Positions 8,140-18,144 of a DNA stretch of 64,000 nt are shown here, piece by piece. Made by a program: the position numbers and the translations under genes. Below the pieces are notes generated by a model. That model saw nothing but the letters and a program-made list of their open reading frames with translations. It had not been told where the DNA came from and searched no databases. The DNA comes from Candidatus Altiarchaeota archaeon (lineage in GTDB: Archaea; Altiarchaeota; Altiarchaeia; IMC4; SCGC-AAA252-I15). The stretch lies in contig JAZDIN010000025.1 in NCBI GenBank assembly GCA_043804895.1, positions 36,764 through 100,763 of the forward strand. The letters run 5' to 3'. Numbering within the stretch: position 1 is the stretch's first letter; every line of letters begins with the position of its first letter.

Positions 8140-9302
8140 GTTTGAGACTCGGCTACGTCAGCCAGTACTTCACCAGAGAGTACCGCGGCCCAGTCACTAA
8201 CCTCCTTATTGAGCTTTCGAAGAAGGTTGACGTCGTCAACTACTCCTCAAAAGAAAGGCATGCCCAATACTACTCCGGCGGCGTCCACGCCATGGATTCC
8301 GAGAAAATCGGCGACCACCTCAGCCTGCGCAGGTATGAGGTTGGCTTGAAGTTGTCTGGTGTTCTCTTTCCGAAGAATCTCACCCCACTCATCTCGCAGG
8401 ACAAGCTGGACATTATACAGTCTGAAGAATACTATCAGCCTGCGTCGCACATCGCATTCAAACATGCGCGGAAAAATGGCATACCATTTATATTCAACCA
8501 CCGTGGAAGCGAGGAGCGGAAAAGAACGCTGAAGGAGCGCGTTTTCTTCACTATGGCGAATCCAATGAGTAGAGGCCTTGTCGAAGGCTCAGACGCGATT
8601 GTGTGCATCTCTGAGGCAGGGAAGAAGGCGTTGTGTGTTGTATTCCCCAAGGCACAGGACAAAGTCCACGTAATACCGAATTCAATAGACCCGCTATTAT
8701 TCGACGGAGCAAATGGTCGCTCGTTCAGGTATGAATACAGGATACCTGAAGCAAGCCCGCTCCTCCTATGTGTCGCCCGCCTACACTTCCAAAAGAGGAT
8801 AGACCTCCTAATCAGGACATTCGCTGAGGTGAAGAAACAGTCTCCTGATTCAGTCCTTTGCGTCGTAGGTCCGTGGTTTGATGAGGAGAAGAGGAAGGTC
8901 GATTCACTAATATCAAAGTTGAGGGTCGATGACGTGGTATTCACAGGACCTATACCAAACGACAACGTCAAGGACGCCTACGCGGCAGCCGACGTCGTCG
9001 CCATGACATCAGAATACGAACCGTTCGGCTACTGCCTCCTCGAGGCTATGTGCCTTTCCAAACCGGTTGTGGCATTCAACATAGGGGCGGTACCGGAGAT
9101 AATAGAAGATGGCGTCAGCGGCTATCACATCCCATTTGCGGACACCAAAGGGTTGGGTATGAAAATCTCAACCCTCCTCAACGACAAGAAACTCTCAAAG
9201 AAGATGGGCAAGGAAGGTCTAAGGCGAGTGAACGAGAAGTTCAGCCTGAGCGACAACTCCAAACGACTGATCAAGCTTTACGAGAGAATGGTGAAAAGAT
9301 AA
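8136..9302 (+). CDS. GT4-family glycosyltransferase
   Basis: C-terminal TSEYEPFGYCLLEAMCLSKPVVAFNIGAVPEII.DGVSGY motif; GT-B two-domain size. Confidence 0.7.
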   Translation: MSLRLGYVSQYFTREYRGPVTNLLIELSKKVDVVNYSSKERHAQYYSGGVHAMDSEKIGDHLSLRRYEVGLKLSGVLFPKNLTPLISQDKLDIIQSEEYYQPASHIAFKHARKNGIPFIFNHRGSEERKRTLKERVFFTMANPMSRGLVEGSDAIVCISEAGKKALCVVFPKAQDKVHVIPNSIDPLLFDGANGRSFRYEYRIPEASPLLLCVARLHFQKRIDLLIRTFAEVKKQSPDSVLCVVGPWFDEEKRKVDSLISKLRVDDVVFTGPIPNDNVKDAYAAADVVAMTSEYEPFGYCLLEAMCLSKPVVAFNIGAVPEIIEDGVSGYHIPFADTKGLGMKISTLLNDKKLSKKMGKEGLRRVNEKFSLSDNSKRLIKLYERMVKR

Positions 9303-10849
9303 TGGCAGATGAGATATCCCTGAAGGACGTGATGCTGAAGGCAAGCGTCACAATGATGGCAATCATGGTAGCCTCAAGATTCCTAGGTTACTTATTCCAC
9401 CTAATATTCGTCAGGTCATTCCCCCAAGAAGATTACGGCACATTCATCTTCGTCTGGTCCATGGGCCTCTTCCTGTGCGGTCTCATACCCAACATACCTG
9501 CTGCCATGGGCCGTTACGTCGCATTCTACCGCGGCGGAAAAGACAGTAAGGGGTTGGAGTCTACAATATCCACCGGCCTACTACTCAACACCGCTCTTTT
9601 AATCCTGGCTTTGGCCATCACCTCCACTATTTACCTGTCTGGATTATACTCATTCGGCATCAAAAACCATCCATCGTTCGCCTTCATGTTATCAGCCATG
9701 ATACTGACCTCAGTGAGTTGCCTCTTTGGAGGCATACTCACCGGCCACCGAAGGCCGGAGGTCTCGTCGTTCTTCAACTTCCTACAGAACCTGCTTAGAA
9801 TATCAGCTGTTGTCTTAGCGGCACTGCTTTTGGCGTCCCTATGGGGTGTCATGGTCCTTGTGGCATTCTCATTCCTTCTTTCCACAATGCTCCTCATTAT
9901 ATACGAGCACAGGACCTACGGCTTCGGTCGCTCATTCGACGCTGGCATTGCGAAGAAACTCATCGGTTTCGGGTTTTTCAGCATCATCCACGTGACCTCA
10001 AACAACATGCTCTCCTGGGCTAACATATTCCTCCTGCAGTTCTTCCTAAGTTCGGCAGTCGTTGCGGTCTACAACGTCGCATGGCTTGCATCGACAGTCA
10101 ATTTGCTCTTCTTCACAGCTGTGCTTCAGATATTCTCCCCCGTGGTGACTGAGCTGTTCGGTGCCAAGAAAAGTGAAAGGATATCCTACATCACCTCCTA
10201 CCTCATTGAATCATTCTTCCTCCTGTTCCTACCCATTTTCCTCGCGGTGTTTATTTTCGCTCGTGAAATCCTTGTCCTGTTCGTAACTTCAGACTACCTC
10301 CAGGCAGCTGACCCCCTTCGAATACTCTCATTAAACGCGTTCTTCTTCGGCATAGCGATGCTATTCATAGAGCTTATCAACGCGGAAGGCAGGCCTGAGC
10401 TTAACGCCAGGAACATCGGATTCGGTGCACTGTTGAATTTGGCCCTGAACCTGTTGTTAATACCTCCGTTAGGGATGTTTGGCTCAGCGTTGGCGACGCT
10501 CGCATCATCAGTCGCAATACTGCTTCTGTCATACGGTCACGTGAGGGGCGTAGTGCGACTGTCATACTCTCCCCTCAGGATATGCAAACTATTCGCATCC
10601 TCGATTCTAACCATCCTCTCCATCTCTGTCATCAAGGAGGCTGTTGAGGCCTCGGTAATATCACTCGTCTTGTCGTCAGTATCCCTCGTCCTCATCTACT
10701 GCCTGCTGGTTGTCGCATTGAAGTCCCTACGGCAGGAGGACGTGATGCTGGCATCGACTCTTATGGACAAGTTCAAGATCCCGACCGTACTCAGACATGG
10801 TATCTCACGCCTCCTAGGATACGGCGTCTACTCTAAGACTTCCTCGTAA
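9302..10849 (+). CDS. oligosaccharide/polysaccharide flippase (Wzx-like, MOP superfamily)
   Basis: Roughly 12-14 TM helices across 515 aa, with typical polysaccharide-biosynthesis-protein topology. The start was taken at ATG 9302 (MADEISLKDV) rather than the overlapping 9050 extension. Confidence 0.6.
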   Translation: MADEISLKDVMLKASVTMMAIMVASRFLGYLFHLIFVRSFPQEDYGTFIFVWSMGLFLCGLIPNIPAAMGRYVAFYRGGKDSKGLESTISTGLLLNTALLILALAITSTIYLSGLYSFGIKNHPSFAFMLSAMILTSVSCLFGGILTGHRRPEVSSFFNFLQNLLRISAVVLAALLLASLWGVMVLVAFSFLLSTMLLIIYEHRTYGFGRSFDAGIAKKLIGFGFFSIIHVTSNNMLSWANIFLLQFFLSSAVVAVYNVAWLASTVNLLFFTAVLQIFSPVVTELFGAKKSERISYITSYLIESFFLLFLPIFLAVFIFAREILVLFVTSDYLQAADPLRILSLNAFFFGIAMLFIELINAEGRPELNARNIGFGALLNLALNLLLIPPLGMFGSALATLASSVAILLLSYGHVRGVVRLSYSPLRICKLFASSILTILSISVIKEAVEASVISLVLSSVSLVLIYCLLVVALKSLRQEDVMLASTLMDKFKIPTVLRHGISRLLGYGVYSKTSS

Positions 10850-11955
10850 AGCTGCATAGTCTTTGCTGCTATACTATCCCAAGAATGCGGCAGAGCGCTC
10901 TTTCTGGCTTTCGCGCTCATCCTGCCTAGGAGGTCATCATCCAGCACGTGTCTGACCTTCTCTGCAATGTCCTTTCCCTCCCTCTCTATGAAGAATCCGT
11001 TCTCCCCCTCCCTTATCAAATCCTCAGTGCCGTTAACGAGGGTCGCAAGGACTGGAAGGCCTGATGCAGCCGCCTCGAGCGTGGCCATGCTAAACCCCTC
11101 ATATGCGGTCGGGAACACGAATAGGTCGGCTGATGCATAGTACTTCCTGGCTTCACTTGAGTGTCCTGTGAACACGACTCTATCACTGACGCCCAATTCA
11201 GCAGCGCGTCTCTCATAAGGTTGTCTTTTGTCGCCGCCGACTGCGACCAGTTTCACGTCCTTCGGCAGGTGTGGTAAGGCCTCGATTACGTGCCTCAGGC
11301 CCTTTCTCTTGAACTCCCATCCAACGAATAGTAGGACGATGTCGTTTTCATCGATTCCGTGCATTCTCCTGACGTCAGTCCTGTATAACTTCCTGTTCTC
11401 TGGTGTGAACTCCTCTATGTTGACACCGTTTGGTATCAGCCTAATGTACTCATCAGGGACCCCATAGTAATGTTGTACCTCCCTGAGGTTGCCCTTTGAC
11501 AAGGCAATCAACTTCTTAAAGTTCCTGTGCGTTAGGTTGTACTTCTCTATTTGTAAGACGATGTTTGACGCGGGCTCGAAGGTCTTCAGCACCCTATACC
11601 CGAAGCCCCTCTCCCTCTTGAACTGTTCGACCGCAGCCTTATGGCAGCTTGGCGCCTTAAGTATGTTCTGGTAAAGCGACTCAGCCCCCTGACTGTGTAT
11701 GATGTCGAATTTATGTTCCTTGTCGAGCTTCCTTGCGAACACCGTGTTCTTCACTGCATTGAGGCCGATTAGCATATAATACGGCCATCGTGGTATCGGG
11801 ATCTTGTGGAATGTCACGCCGTCTATGTCGTGTTTCTGCCATGTAGTCAGGACGTGGACTTCATTGTCTTTCGCGAACCTTTCAGCCAGTTCGACAGCGT
11901 ATTTCGCGACCGCGCCCTGCTTGAAAAAGCTTGCAGTCAGGAAAAGTATTTTCAC
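10828..11955 (-). CDS. GT4-family glycosyltransferase
   Basis: MKILFLTASFF... N-terminus; C-terminal YEGFSMATLEAAASGLPVLATLVNGTEDLIREGENGFF motif. Confidence 0.75.
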   Translation of the reverse strand: MKILFLTASFFKQGAVAKYAVELAERFAKDNEVHVLTTWQKHDIDGVTFHKIPIPRWPYYMLIGLNAVKNTVFARKLDKEHKFDIIHSQGAESLYQNILKAPSCHKAAVEQFKRERGFGYRVLKTFEPASNIVLQIEKYNLTHRNFKKLIALSKGNLREVQHYYGVPDEYIRLIPNGVNIEEFTPENRKLYRTDVRRMHGIDENDIVLLFVGWEFKRKGLRHVIEALPHLPKDVKLVAVGGDKRQPYERRAAELGVSDRVVFTGHSSEARKYYASADLFVFPTAYEGFSMATLEAAASGLPVLATLVNGTEDLIREGENGFFIEREGKDIAEKVRHVLDDDLLGRMSAKARKSALPHSWDSIAAKTMQLYEEVLE

Positions 11956-13847
11956 CCCCCAGCCTCCTCCATGAAAATCTCATGCCATGTCTTAAAGCAG
12001 TGTAACAGCCCCCAAAGCCTACGACCGTTCTCGTATTCTGTGTCTTTCGCCCTGGATTTCATGTAATGTTCAAGCAACCTCATTGTATTGGCTTTCCTGA
12101 AGTACTCTGTTCTGTCAATGAACTTCAAGACATTATCGAAGTCTGCCTTCAGTTCCTCCTTCAGCCACGCATCGAATGGTATCTCGAACCCGTGTTTTTT
12201 CCGCCTGACTATGCTCTTTGGGAGAATGTCTTTCACAGCCTTCCTGAAGATCATCTTATCCTTGCCTGCAATGCCGACCTTCATATAGGATGGTATCGTG
12301 TAAGCGTGTTCCACGAGCAGTTGGTCCAAGAGCGGAGACCTAGCTTCTACAGAATGTGCCATCGTCATCTTATCTACCTTCATTAGGAAGTCCTCAGCAA
12401 GCCATGTCTTCACGTCAAGATAAAGTATCCTGTTCAGGAAATCATTGCCTTTCGACTCCTTTGCATGTGATATGTGGGGCTCAACAGTCAGCTCATATGG
12501 ATTCGACTCGAAGATATCACGAGCTAGGACATCTTTCTTATACTCCTCTGTGAGCACCCTCGAGCCCCTGATGTACGTCCCCTTTAAGTCTCTCGCACTC
12601 CTGATAACATTTCTAACGTCCCTTGAGTCAGCCATGTTATCCATGAGGTCGCCGACGTGTTTATTGTCAGCAGCAAGGTTCAAAAGACGTGAAGTGAGCG
12701 GGATGTTGAATAGGAACTCCCGCTTTCTAACCCACCTGTACTTCGAATACCCCCCATACAGCTCATCGCCTCCGTCGCCTGTGAGATACACCGTCGCATG
12801 CTTCTTCGCGTATTTGCTCATAAGGTATGTCGGGACAATAGCATAGTCAGCAATCGGTTCGTCAATGTGCCATACAATATCCCTAAACGATTTCATCGCA
12901 TCACCGCCAATCACGATTTCAGTATGCTCGGTGTTGAATTTTTCAGCGACTATGCGCGAGTAGGGTCGCTCGTCAAGTCCGCCCCATTCAAACCCGATGG
13001 ATATAGTCTTCACAGTCTCTTCCCCTAGTCTAGAAGCCAAAGCCACAATGGTGCTGGAGTCAAGCCCGCCAGAGAGGTATACGCCAAGCGGGACGTCGCT
13101 CACCAGCCTCATAGCGACCGCATCCTCAAGGAGCATCATCATCCCAGATATGAACTGTCGTTCGCTCTTGGCCACATTACTCTCAAGGTCAATATCCCAA
13201 TACTTTTCTAACATGACCCTACCTTCCCTCACAGTCATATGGTGTCCAGGCCTCAGCTTGTGCACCCCATCGAACATAGTCAGAGGTGCTGGGACGTACT
13301 GGTGGGTCATGTAGGCGTTCAAACCTTCCAATGAAACCTTCCTCACGAATCCAGGATACCTAAGCATCGCCTTTATCTCAGAGGCGAATATGAAATTGCC
13401 TTCCACTAGGGAGTAGTAAAGCGGCTTCTTCCCAAGTCTGTCCCTGGCCAGGAAAAGGCGTTCCCCCTTCCTGTCCCATATTGCGAATGCGAACATGCCT
13501 CTTAGTTTTTTCACGCAGTCTTTGCCGTATTCCTCGAAGCTGTGTATTATGACTTCCGTGTCTGTGTCGGTCCTGAACCTGTGTCCTTTGGCTTCTAGGT
13601 CTGCTCGCAGACTCTTGAAGTTGTATATCTCCCCGTTGTAGACTATCCATATGTCTCCGTCCTCGTTGCACATCGGCTGGCGGCCTCGTTCGCTCAGGTC
13701 TATGATGCTCAACCTAGTGTGGCCGAGGCTGATTCCCGCATCAGTGTATACTCCAGAATCATCCGGCCCACGATGCCTGAGAGATTCTCCCATCCTCTCA
13801 AGAAGTCCTCTGTCATCAACACCCAGTATGCCGAATATCCCGCACAT
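11952..13847 (-). CDS. asnB: asparagine synthetase B-type glutamine amidotransferase (AsnB/WbpS/PseA-like), copy 1
   Basis: MCGIFGILG Ntn-amidotransferase start, the SGGLDSS PP-loop, 631 aa. Confidence 0.8.
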   Translation of the reverse strand: MCGIFGILGVDDRGLLERMGESLRHRGPDDSGVYTDAGISLGHTRLSIIDLSERGRQPMCNEDGDIWIVYNGEIYNFKSLRADLEAKGHRFRTDTDTEVIIHSFEEYGKDCVKKLRGMFAFAIWDRKGERLFLARDRLGKKPLYYSLVEGNFIFASEIKAMLRYPGFVRKVSLEGLNAYMTHQYVPAPLTMFDGVHKLRPGHHMTVREGRVMLEKYWDIDLESNVAKSERQFISGMMMLLEDAVAMRLVSDVPLGVYLSGGLDSSTIVALASRLGEETVKTISIGFEWGGLDERPYSRIVAEKFNTEHTEIVIGGDAMKSFRDIVWHIDEPIADYAIVPTYLMSKYAKKHATVYLTGDGGDELYGGYSKYRWVRKREFLFNIPLTSRLLNLAADNKHVGDLMDNMADSRDVRNVIRSARDLKGTYIRGSRVLTEEYKKDVLARDIFESNPYELTVEPHISHAKESKGNDFLNRILYLDVKTWLAEDFLMKVDKMTMAHSVEARSPLLDQLLVEHAYTIPSYMKVGIAGKDKMIFRKAVKDILPKSIVRRKKHGFEIPFDAWLKEELKADFDNVLKFIDRTEYFRKANTMRLLEHYMKSRAKDTEYENGRRLWGLLHCFKTWHEIFMEEAGG

Positions 13848-15019
13848 TACCTAATGCACCCACCATAGACTTTGATTGTGTCGGCAACCATCTTCTCCCT
13901 GCTGAAGCCCTCCTCTATTGTCTTGCGTGCTGAACTTCCAAGTCGCCTTGCCAGTTTCTCATTTTCAAGGACTTCAATCAACCTATTAGCAAGCGTGTCA
14001 ATGTCTTTAGGCTTGACCAGTAAACCGTTAACGCCGTCGGTGATTACTGACGGAATCCCCCCAATCTCAGAGGCTATTACCGGTTTCCCGCAGGCCATAG
14101 CCTCAAGTTCAATTAAAGGCAGACCCTCAACACGGATGGTAGGTATTATGAAAGCTTCACAGGCGTTGTAGTAGTCTGCCAATCCCTCGTGTTGGACCTT
14201 TCCCATGAATGTGACATTTTTTCCAAGTTTCAGTCTGATAGTCCGTTGTTCTAAACTCTTACGGTAAGGTCCGTCCCCGACTACTATGAGATGCGCGTTT
14301 GGAATCCTATCAACAAGCTTTGCGAGAGCCTCAATGAGGTACTGCACACCCTTCTGCCTGTGCAGGACCGAGACGCTAAGAATAATCCTCTCTCCTGGAT
14401 ACTCCCCCATAACCTTGCTAGCATACGATCTAAATACTGTAGTGTCAATGCCATTGTATATGGTTTTAACCGTGTCCTTGGCTATGTTGAATTCTTTTGG
14501 TATATCCTCACTGAGTTCCTTGCTTATAGCTATCACCGCCTCGCTTTCCTTTATGAATTCTTTTGTCCAGTAATAGTGGTTAAAGGTATGGAACAGAATT
14601 TTCGGAAATAGCATCAGACTGAAACCCTGGTTGATGATGCTTCGGATTTCGCTCAATGACGTTCCATGCATCGTCGTGATCAAAGGCACTCCCAGCCTCT
14701 TTTTGATTCCATCGCGCACGTAATAGAAGGCAGCTGTAGACTGGCTGTGTACGACGTCAAATTTCTTTTCCCTGTGTAGTTCTTCCAGTTTATTCAAGGC
14801 TTTCCTACCAAGTGGTTTCTTGCTTGTTGCATCGACGTCCGTATAATAGATTTCGACTCCGTCCACGGACTCATGCATAATCCCACTCGGGTGCCTGCTC
14901 GTTATGACTATAACCTCATGTCCGGATTTTGCTATACCTTTCGCCAAATCCATGGCGTGTATCTCCATCCCACCCAGAACGTGAGACGGCAACAGCATCG
15001 TGAACATGCAAACTCTCAT
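13847..15019 (-). CDS. GT4-family glycosyltransferase
   Basis: MRVCMFTMLLPSHVLGGMEIHAMDLAKGIAKSGHEV N-terminus; C-terminal RVEGLPLIELEAMACGKPVIASEIGGIPSVITDGVNGLLV motif. The start was set at the ATG at 15019; the 15106 extension would read through two palindromes. Confidence 0.7.
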   Translation of the reverse strand: MRVCMFTMLLPSHVLGGMEIHAMDLAKGIAKSGHEVIVITSRHPSGIMHESVDGVEIYYTDVDATSKKPLGRKALNKLEELHREKKFDVVHSQSTAAFYYVRDGIKKRLGVPLITTMHGTSLSEIRSIINQGFSLMLFPKILFHTFNHYYWTKEFIKESEAVIAISKELSEDIPKEFNIAKDTVKTIYNGIDTTVFRSYASKVMGEYPGERIILSVSVLHRQKGVQYLIEALAKLVDRIPNAHLIVVGDGPYRKSLEQRTIRLKLGKNVTFMGKVQHEGLADYYNACEAFIIPTIRVEGLPLIELEAMACGKPVIASEIGGIPSVITDGVNGLLVKPKDIDTLANRLIEVLENEKLARRLGSSARKTIEEGFSREKMVADTIKVYGGCIR

Positions 15020-15038
15020 TACAAATACGCGAGGATAT

Positions 15039-15089
15039 TCGCTAGACTGCAGTCTAGCGAATGTGTGCGAGCATGGCTCGCCCACATTC
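15039..15089. promoter_or_regulatory. two adjacent palindromes upstream of the GT4 gene: TCGCTAGACTGCAGTCTAGCGA (perfect, 22 nt) and GAATGTGTGCGAGC-ATG-GCTCGCCCACATTC (31 nt, one mismatch)
   Basis: Read directly; they lie 20-70 nt upstream of the 15019 start and downstream of the stop of the methyltransferase gene. Confidence 0.4.
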
Positions 15090-15172
15090 CCTTTACTCGC
15101 TTGCACCTCCTACGTGTTTTCGACTGTTTGACATTTTAAGTGTTAATACTGACGCCTTTAAGATTCGGTCAT

Positions 15173-16234
15173 TTATTTTATGCCGCTGAAACCTATGTCG
15201 TCCCTGAAGTTCTTCCTCCCAATATCGTCCTCCCTCCTCCTGTTAAGCTTTAGTTTGGAGTATCCTTCCCCCTCCAACCAACCCCTAACCTCGCCTTCGG
15301 TGTGGAAGTGCTCGTACTCTGGGCTCCACCAATCGAAGGTGTCAGCCCACCGCTCTTCCGGGTAAGGCCTCTTTGAAATGAAGAAGAAAAGCCTTCCCAC
15401 CTGCAGCCTAAGCCATTCGTTACCTATACCCCTCACGAGCCCCCCCAGCGGAACCCCAACCCAAGAGAGCCTCCATAACATCCATATAGGCATCCGTGTA
15501 GTGAAGACCCTGATTACATTGTTTAAGAACATCGAAAGAGGACTCCTCTTACGGTAGACCCACACCGCTAGCAGGCCGCCTCTTTTCACCATCTTTGATA
15601 TGCATTTGAACGCGCCTTTCGGGTCGGGTGTGTGGTGTAACACACCAATGCTATAAACGAAGTCGAATGTACCCTCCCTAAGTGGGATGTTGAAGAGGTC
15701 GGCTTGGACGACGTGCACCCTCCCGACCCCTCGTGTATTCTCATAAGCGCTTTCAACTGCCTGGCTTAAGTCCACGGCCACGATCTCTGCCCCATGTTTG
15801 GCGGCTACTAGGCTGTATCTGCCGTAGCCGCATCCTCCATCCAGGCACAATTTTCCTTTTAGGAATTTCTCGTCAACCCCTGTCTTATCGAAGAATATGG
15901 GGCTTTCTTCCATTTCGTTTATAATTTTGTACTTGGTCCACTGGAATCCAAAGCTCTTGCTGGTGCTCTCCTTAAACTTCTTGAACTCCTGGATGTCTCT
16001 ATCGGATACTATTCCCTCCGGTAGTTTGTCTCTGTATCTCTCAGCAAAGGAAGGATGTTCCTTTAGGGTGTTGGGGAGAATTCTTGGAATCCCTCCGATA
16101 ATGGGGTACCAGTTTCCGCAATTGCATGTGAGTAGCCCGTCGACAATCTCCTCCTTGTTATACAAAAATGGCGTGCACTTGAAATCTCCTTTGCAACTTG
16201 GGCAGGCCAAGAAATCAAGCAACCTACGGTCCAT
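15173..16234 (-). CDS. Trm112-like zinc-ribbon domain fused to a class I SAM-dependent methyltransferase (type 11)
   Basis: MDRRLLDFLACPSCKGDFKC...LTCNCGNWYPIIGGIPR is a Trm112/DUF343 start. LDGGCGYGRYS...VAVDLS is SAM-binding motif I. The start was set at MDRR (16234) with a TATA-like TTATATTATATA upstream; the 16357 extension overlaps asnB-2. Confidence 0.6.
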   Translation of the reverse strand: MDRRLLDFLACPSCKGDFKCTPFLYNKEEIVDGLLTCNCGNWYPIIGGIPRILPNTLKEHPSFAERYRDKLPEGIVSDRDIQEFKKFKESTSKSFGFQWTKYKIINEMEESPIFFDKTGVDEKFLKGKLCLDGGCGYGRYSLVAAKHGAEIVAVDLSQAVESAYENTRGVGRVHVVQADLFNIPLREGTFDFVYSIGVLHHTPDPKGAFKCISKMVKRGGLLAVWVYRKRSPLSMFLNNVIRVFTTRMPIWMLWRLSWVGVPLGGLVRGIGNEWLRLQVGRLFFFISKRPYPEERWADTFDWWSPEYEHFHTEGEVRGWLEGEGYSKLKLNRRREDDIGRKNFRDDIGFSGIK

Positions 16235-16269
16235 ACTAACTACATGTATTGTGTATATAATATAAGCCT

Positions 16270-18144
16270 CTACAGGCTCCCTGGTGGCATTCCATCGATG
16301 TACATCCTCTGCCACAGTTCCAGTGTGATGAGGGCCCATATCTGGTGCCCCCTCCACAGGTTTTTTGGTTTTCCGAGGAGTGCTTGGACCTTATCGGGCC
16401 TAAGTATCCCTCGTCTTCTCACATTTTCCTTTGATAATATGTCATGCGCAAACTCGCGCAGTTCGTTGAGCATCCAGTGGTGCATCGGCACCCGGAATCC
16501 CTGCTTTTTGCGTGCAAGTATCTCCTTAGGTAGCCTATCCCTCATAAGCCTCTTGAGTATGTACTTGTCTGTGGAGCCCCTCAGCTTCATATGGGCTGGA
16601 AGCGACATGGTGTATTCGAGGAGTTTGTGGTCTAGGAGGGGTACGCGGCCCTCTATCGCCCACGCCATGCTAGTCTTATCAAGTTTCATGAGTAGGTCCT
16701 CTGGGACCCACGTCTTCAAGTCAACGTATTGTAAGCGGCTGAGGAACGTCGGCATGTTCCGTGCCCTGAAGCACTGGCGTACTGTGCTGAGGGAGTCGAC
16801 GCTGGCGTTCGCCTTCTGGAACTCCCCAGTATAATACTCACCCCTCTCCTCCTCGTCTAGGACGTGGCCCTGACCCAAGTAGACCTTTTCCTCGTCTGCA
16901 GCTGAGATATACCTTAAGTATCTTTTACCTCGTGTGAATCCGGGGATATTTTTTATCGCGTATGGTATGACATTATCCTTCATCACAGGGGGCAGGATAT
17001 TGCGCATGCGGTCGCCTACGTTGAGTAGTTTGTATGTTCTGTAGCCTGCGAATGCCTCGTCTCCGCCTTCGCCCGTGAGTACTACCGTCACCTTCCTTTT
17101 CGCCCGTTCAGACAGGAAATATGTCGGCACAGCCGCAGGGTCGCCGATGGGTTCATCCAGATGCCATATCACCAATGGAAGGGACTTCAGCGCATGATGG
17201 GAGTCGATAATGATCTCATGATGGTCTGTTCTATAGTGGTCTGCCACAGTCTTCGCGTATTTCACCTCATCAACGTCCTCGTACCCGAATCCTACGCTAA
17301 ACGTCTTCACAGGTTCAGGCATCATCGACGTCATCATGTCAACCATTGTGCTTGAGTCAAGGCCGCCTGAGAGATAGGCGCCGAGTGACACGTCGCTCAT
17401 CAGGCGCATCCTCACGCAATCCGAAAGTAGCGCATCAAGTTCTTTAAGGCACTGGCTTTCGCTGACATCATGCAGTTGAGCCTTAAGGTCCCAGTATTGG
17501 GTGACGTTGGTCTTGCCACCCTCGCGCACTAGCATGTGGCCTGGCTGTAGTTTCATCACCCCCTCAAGTGCAGTTTGCATTCCTGGGACATACTGGAGGG
17601 TGAGGTAATAGTGGATTGCCTTCTTGTTCAACGCCGGATTTAAGCCATCATACTCTAAAAGCGCCTTCACTTCCGAGGCGAACAGGAACGCTCCATCCTT
17701 TTCAAAGTAGTAGACTGGTTTTATGCCTAACCTGTCTCTTGCTAGGACGAGCCTCTTCTTGGACGCATCCCAGAGGGCGATTGCGAACATCCCCCTCAGG
17801 TGTTCGACAAAAAGTGGACCATGTTCCTCATACAGGTGCACGATGACCTCCGTGTCGGTGTTTGTCCTGAACTTGTGGCCTTCAGCCTCGAGTTCTCTCC
17901 TCAGTTCAAGGTAGTTGTAAATCTCCCCATTGTATATCGTGACCACATCACCTTCCTCGTTGAATATCGGCTGCTTCCCTGTTGAAAGGTCTATGATGGA
18001 AAGGCGCAGGTGGCCGAGCATCACGTCTGAATCATGGTATTCGCCGCAGTCATCTGGGCCCCTATGGTGGACTGTATCCATCATATCCCTGAGCAGTCCC
18101 CTGTCCTCAAAACCCATTATCCCCACAATACCACACACCGTCAA
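16270..18144 (-). CDS. asnB: asparagine synthetase B-type glutamine amidotransferase, copy 2
   Basis: MTVCGIVGIMG, SGGLDSS, 624 aa; a paralog of 11952..13847. Confidence 0.8.
   Translation of the reverse strand: MTVCGIVGIMGFEDRGLLRDMMDTVHHRGPDDCGEYHDSDVMLGHLRLSIIDLSTGKQPIFNEEGDVVTIYNGEIYNYLELRRELEAEGHKFRTNTDTEVIVHLYEEHGPLFVEHLRGMFAIALWDASKKRLVLARDRLGIKPVYYFEKDGAFLFASEVKALLEYDGLNPALNKKAIHYYLTLQYVPGMQTALEGVMKLQPGHMLVREGGKTNVTQYWDLKAQLHDVSESQCLKELDALLSDCVRMRLMSDVSLGAYLSGGLDSSTMVDMMTSMMPEPVKTFSVGFGYEDVDEVKYAKTVADHYRTDHHEIIIDSHHALKSLPLVIWHLDEPIGDPAAVPTYFLSERAKRKVTVVLTGEGGDEAFAGYRTYKLLNVGDRMRNILPPVMKDNVIPYAIKNIPGFTRGKRYLRYISAADEEKVYLGQGHVLDEEERGEYYTGEFQKANASVDSLSTVRQCFRARNMPTFLSRLQYVDLKTWVPEDLLMKLDKTSMAWAIEGRVPLLDHKLLEYTMSLPAHMKLRGSTDKYILKRLMRDRLPKEILARKKQGFRVPMHHWMLNELREFAHDILSKENVRRRGILRPDKVQALLGKPKNLWRGHQIWALITLELWQRMYIDGMPPGSL

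Noticed and set aside
13847-15106. Long N-terminal versions of several track ORFs (13847..15106, 5944.., 9050.., 15173..16357, 40194.., 42179..43216, 46160..47305, 59775..60023)
   Set aside because: The extensions overlap the upstream gene by 50-250 nt, read through palindromes or structured RNA, and precede an internal ATG that begins the conserved family N-terminus. Shorter starts were used. The track evidently also reports TTG/GTG starts as M.
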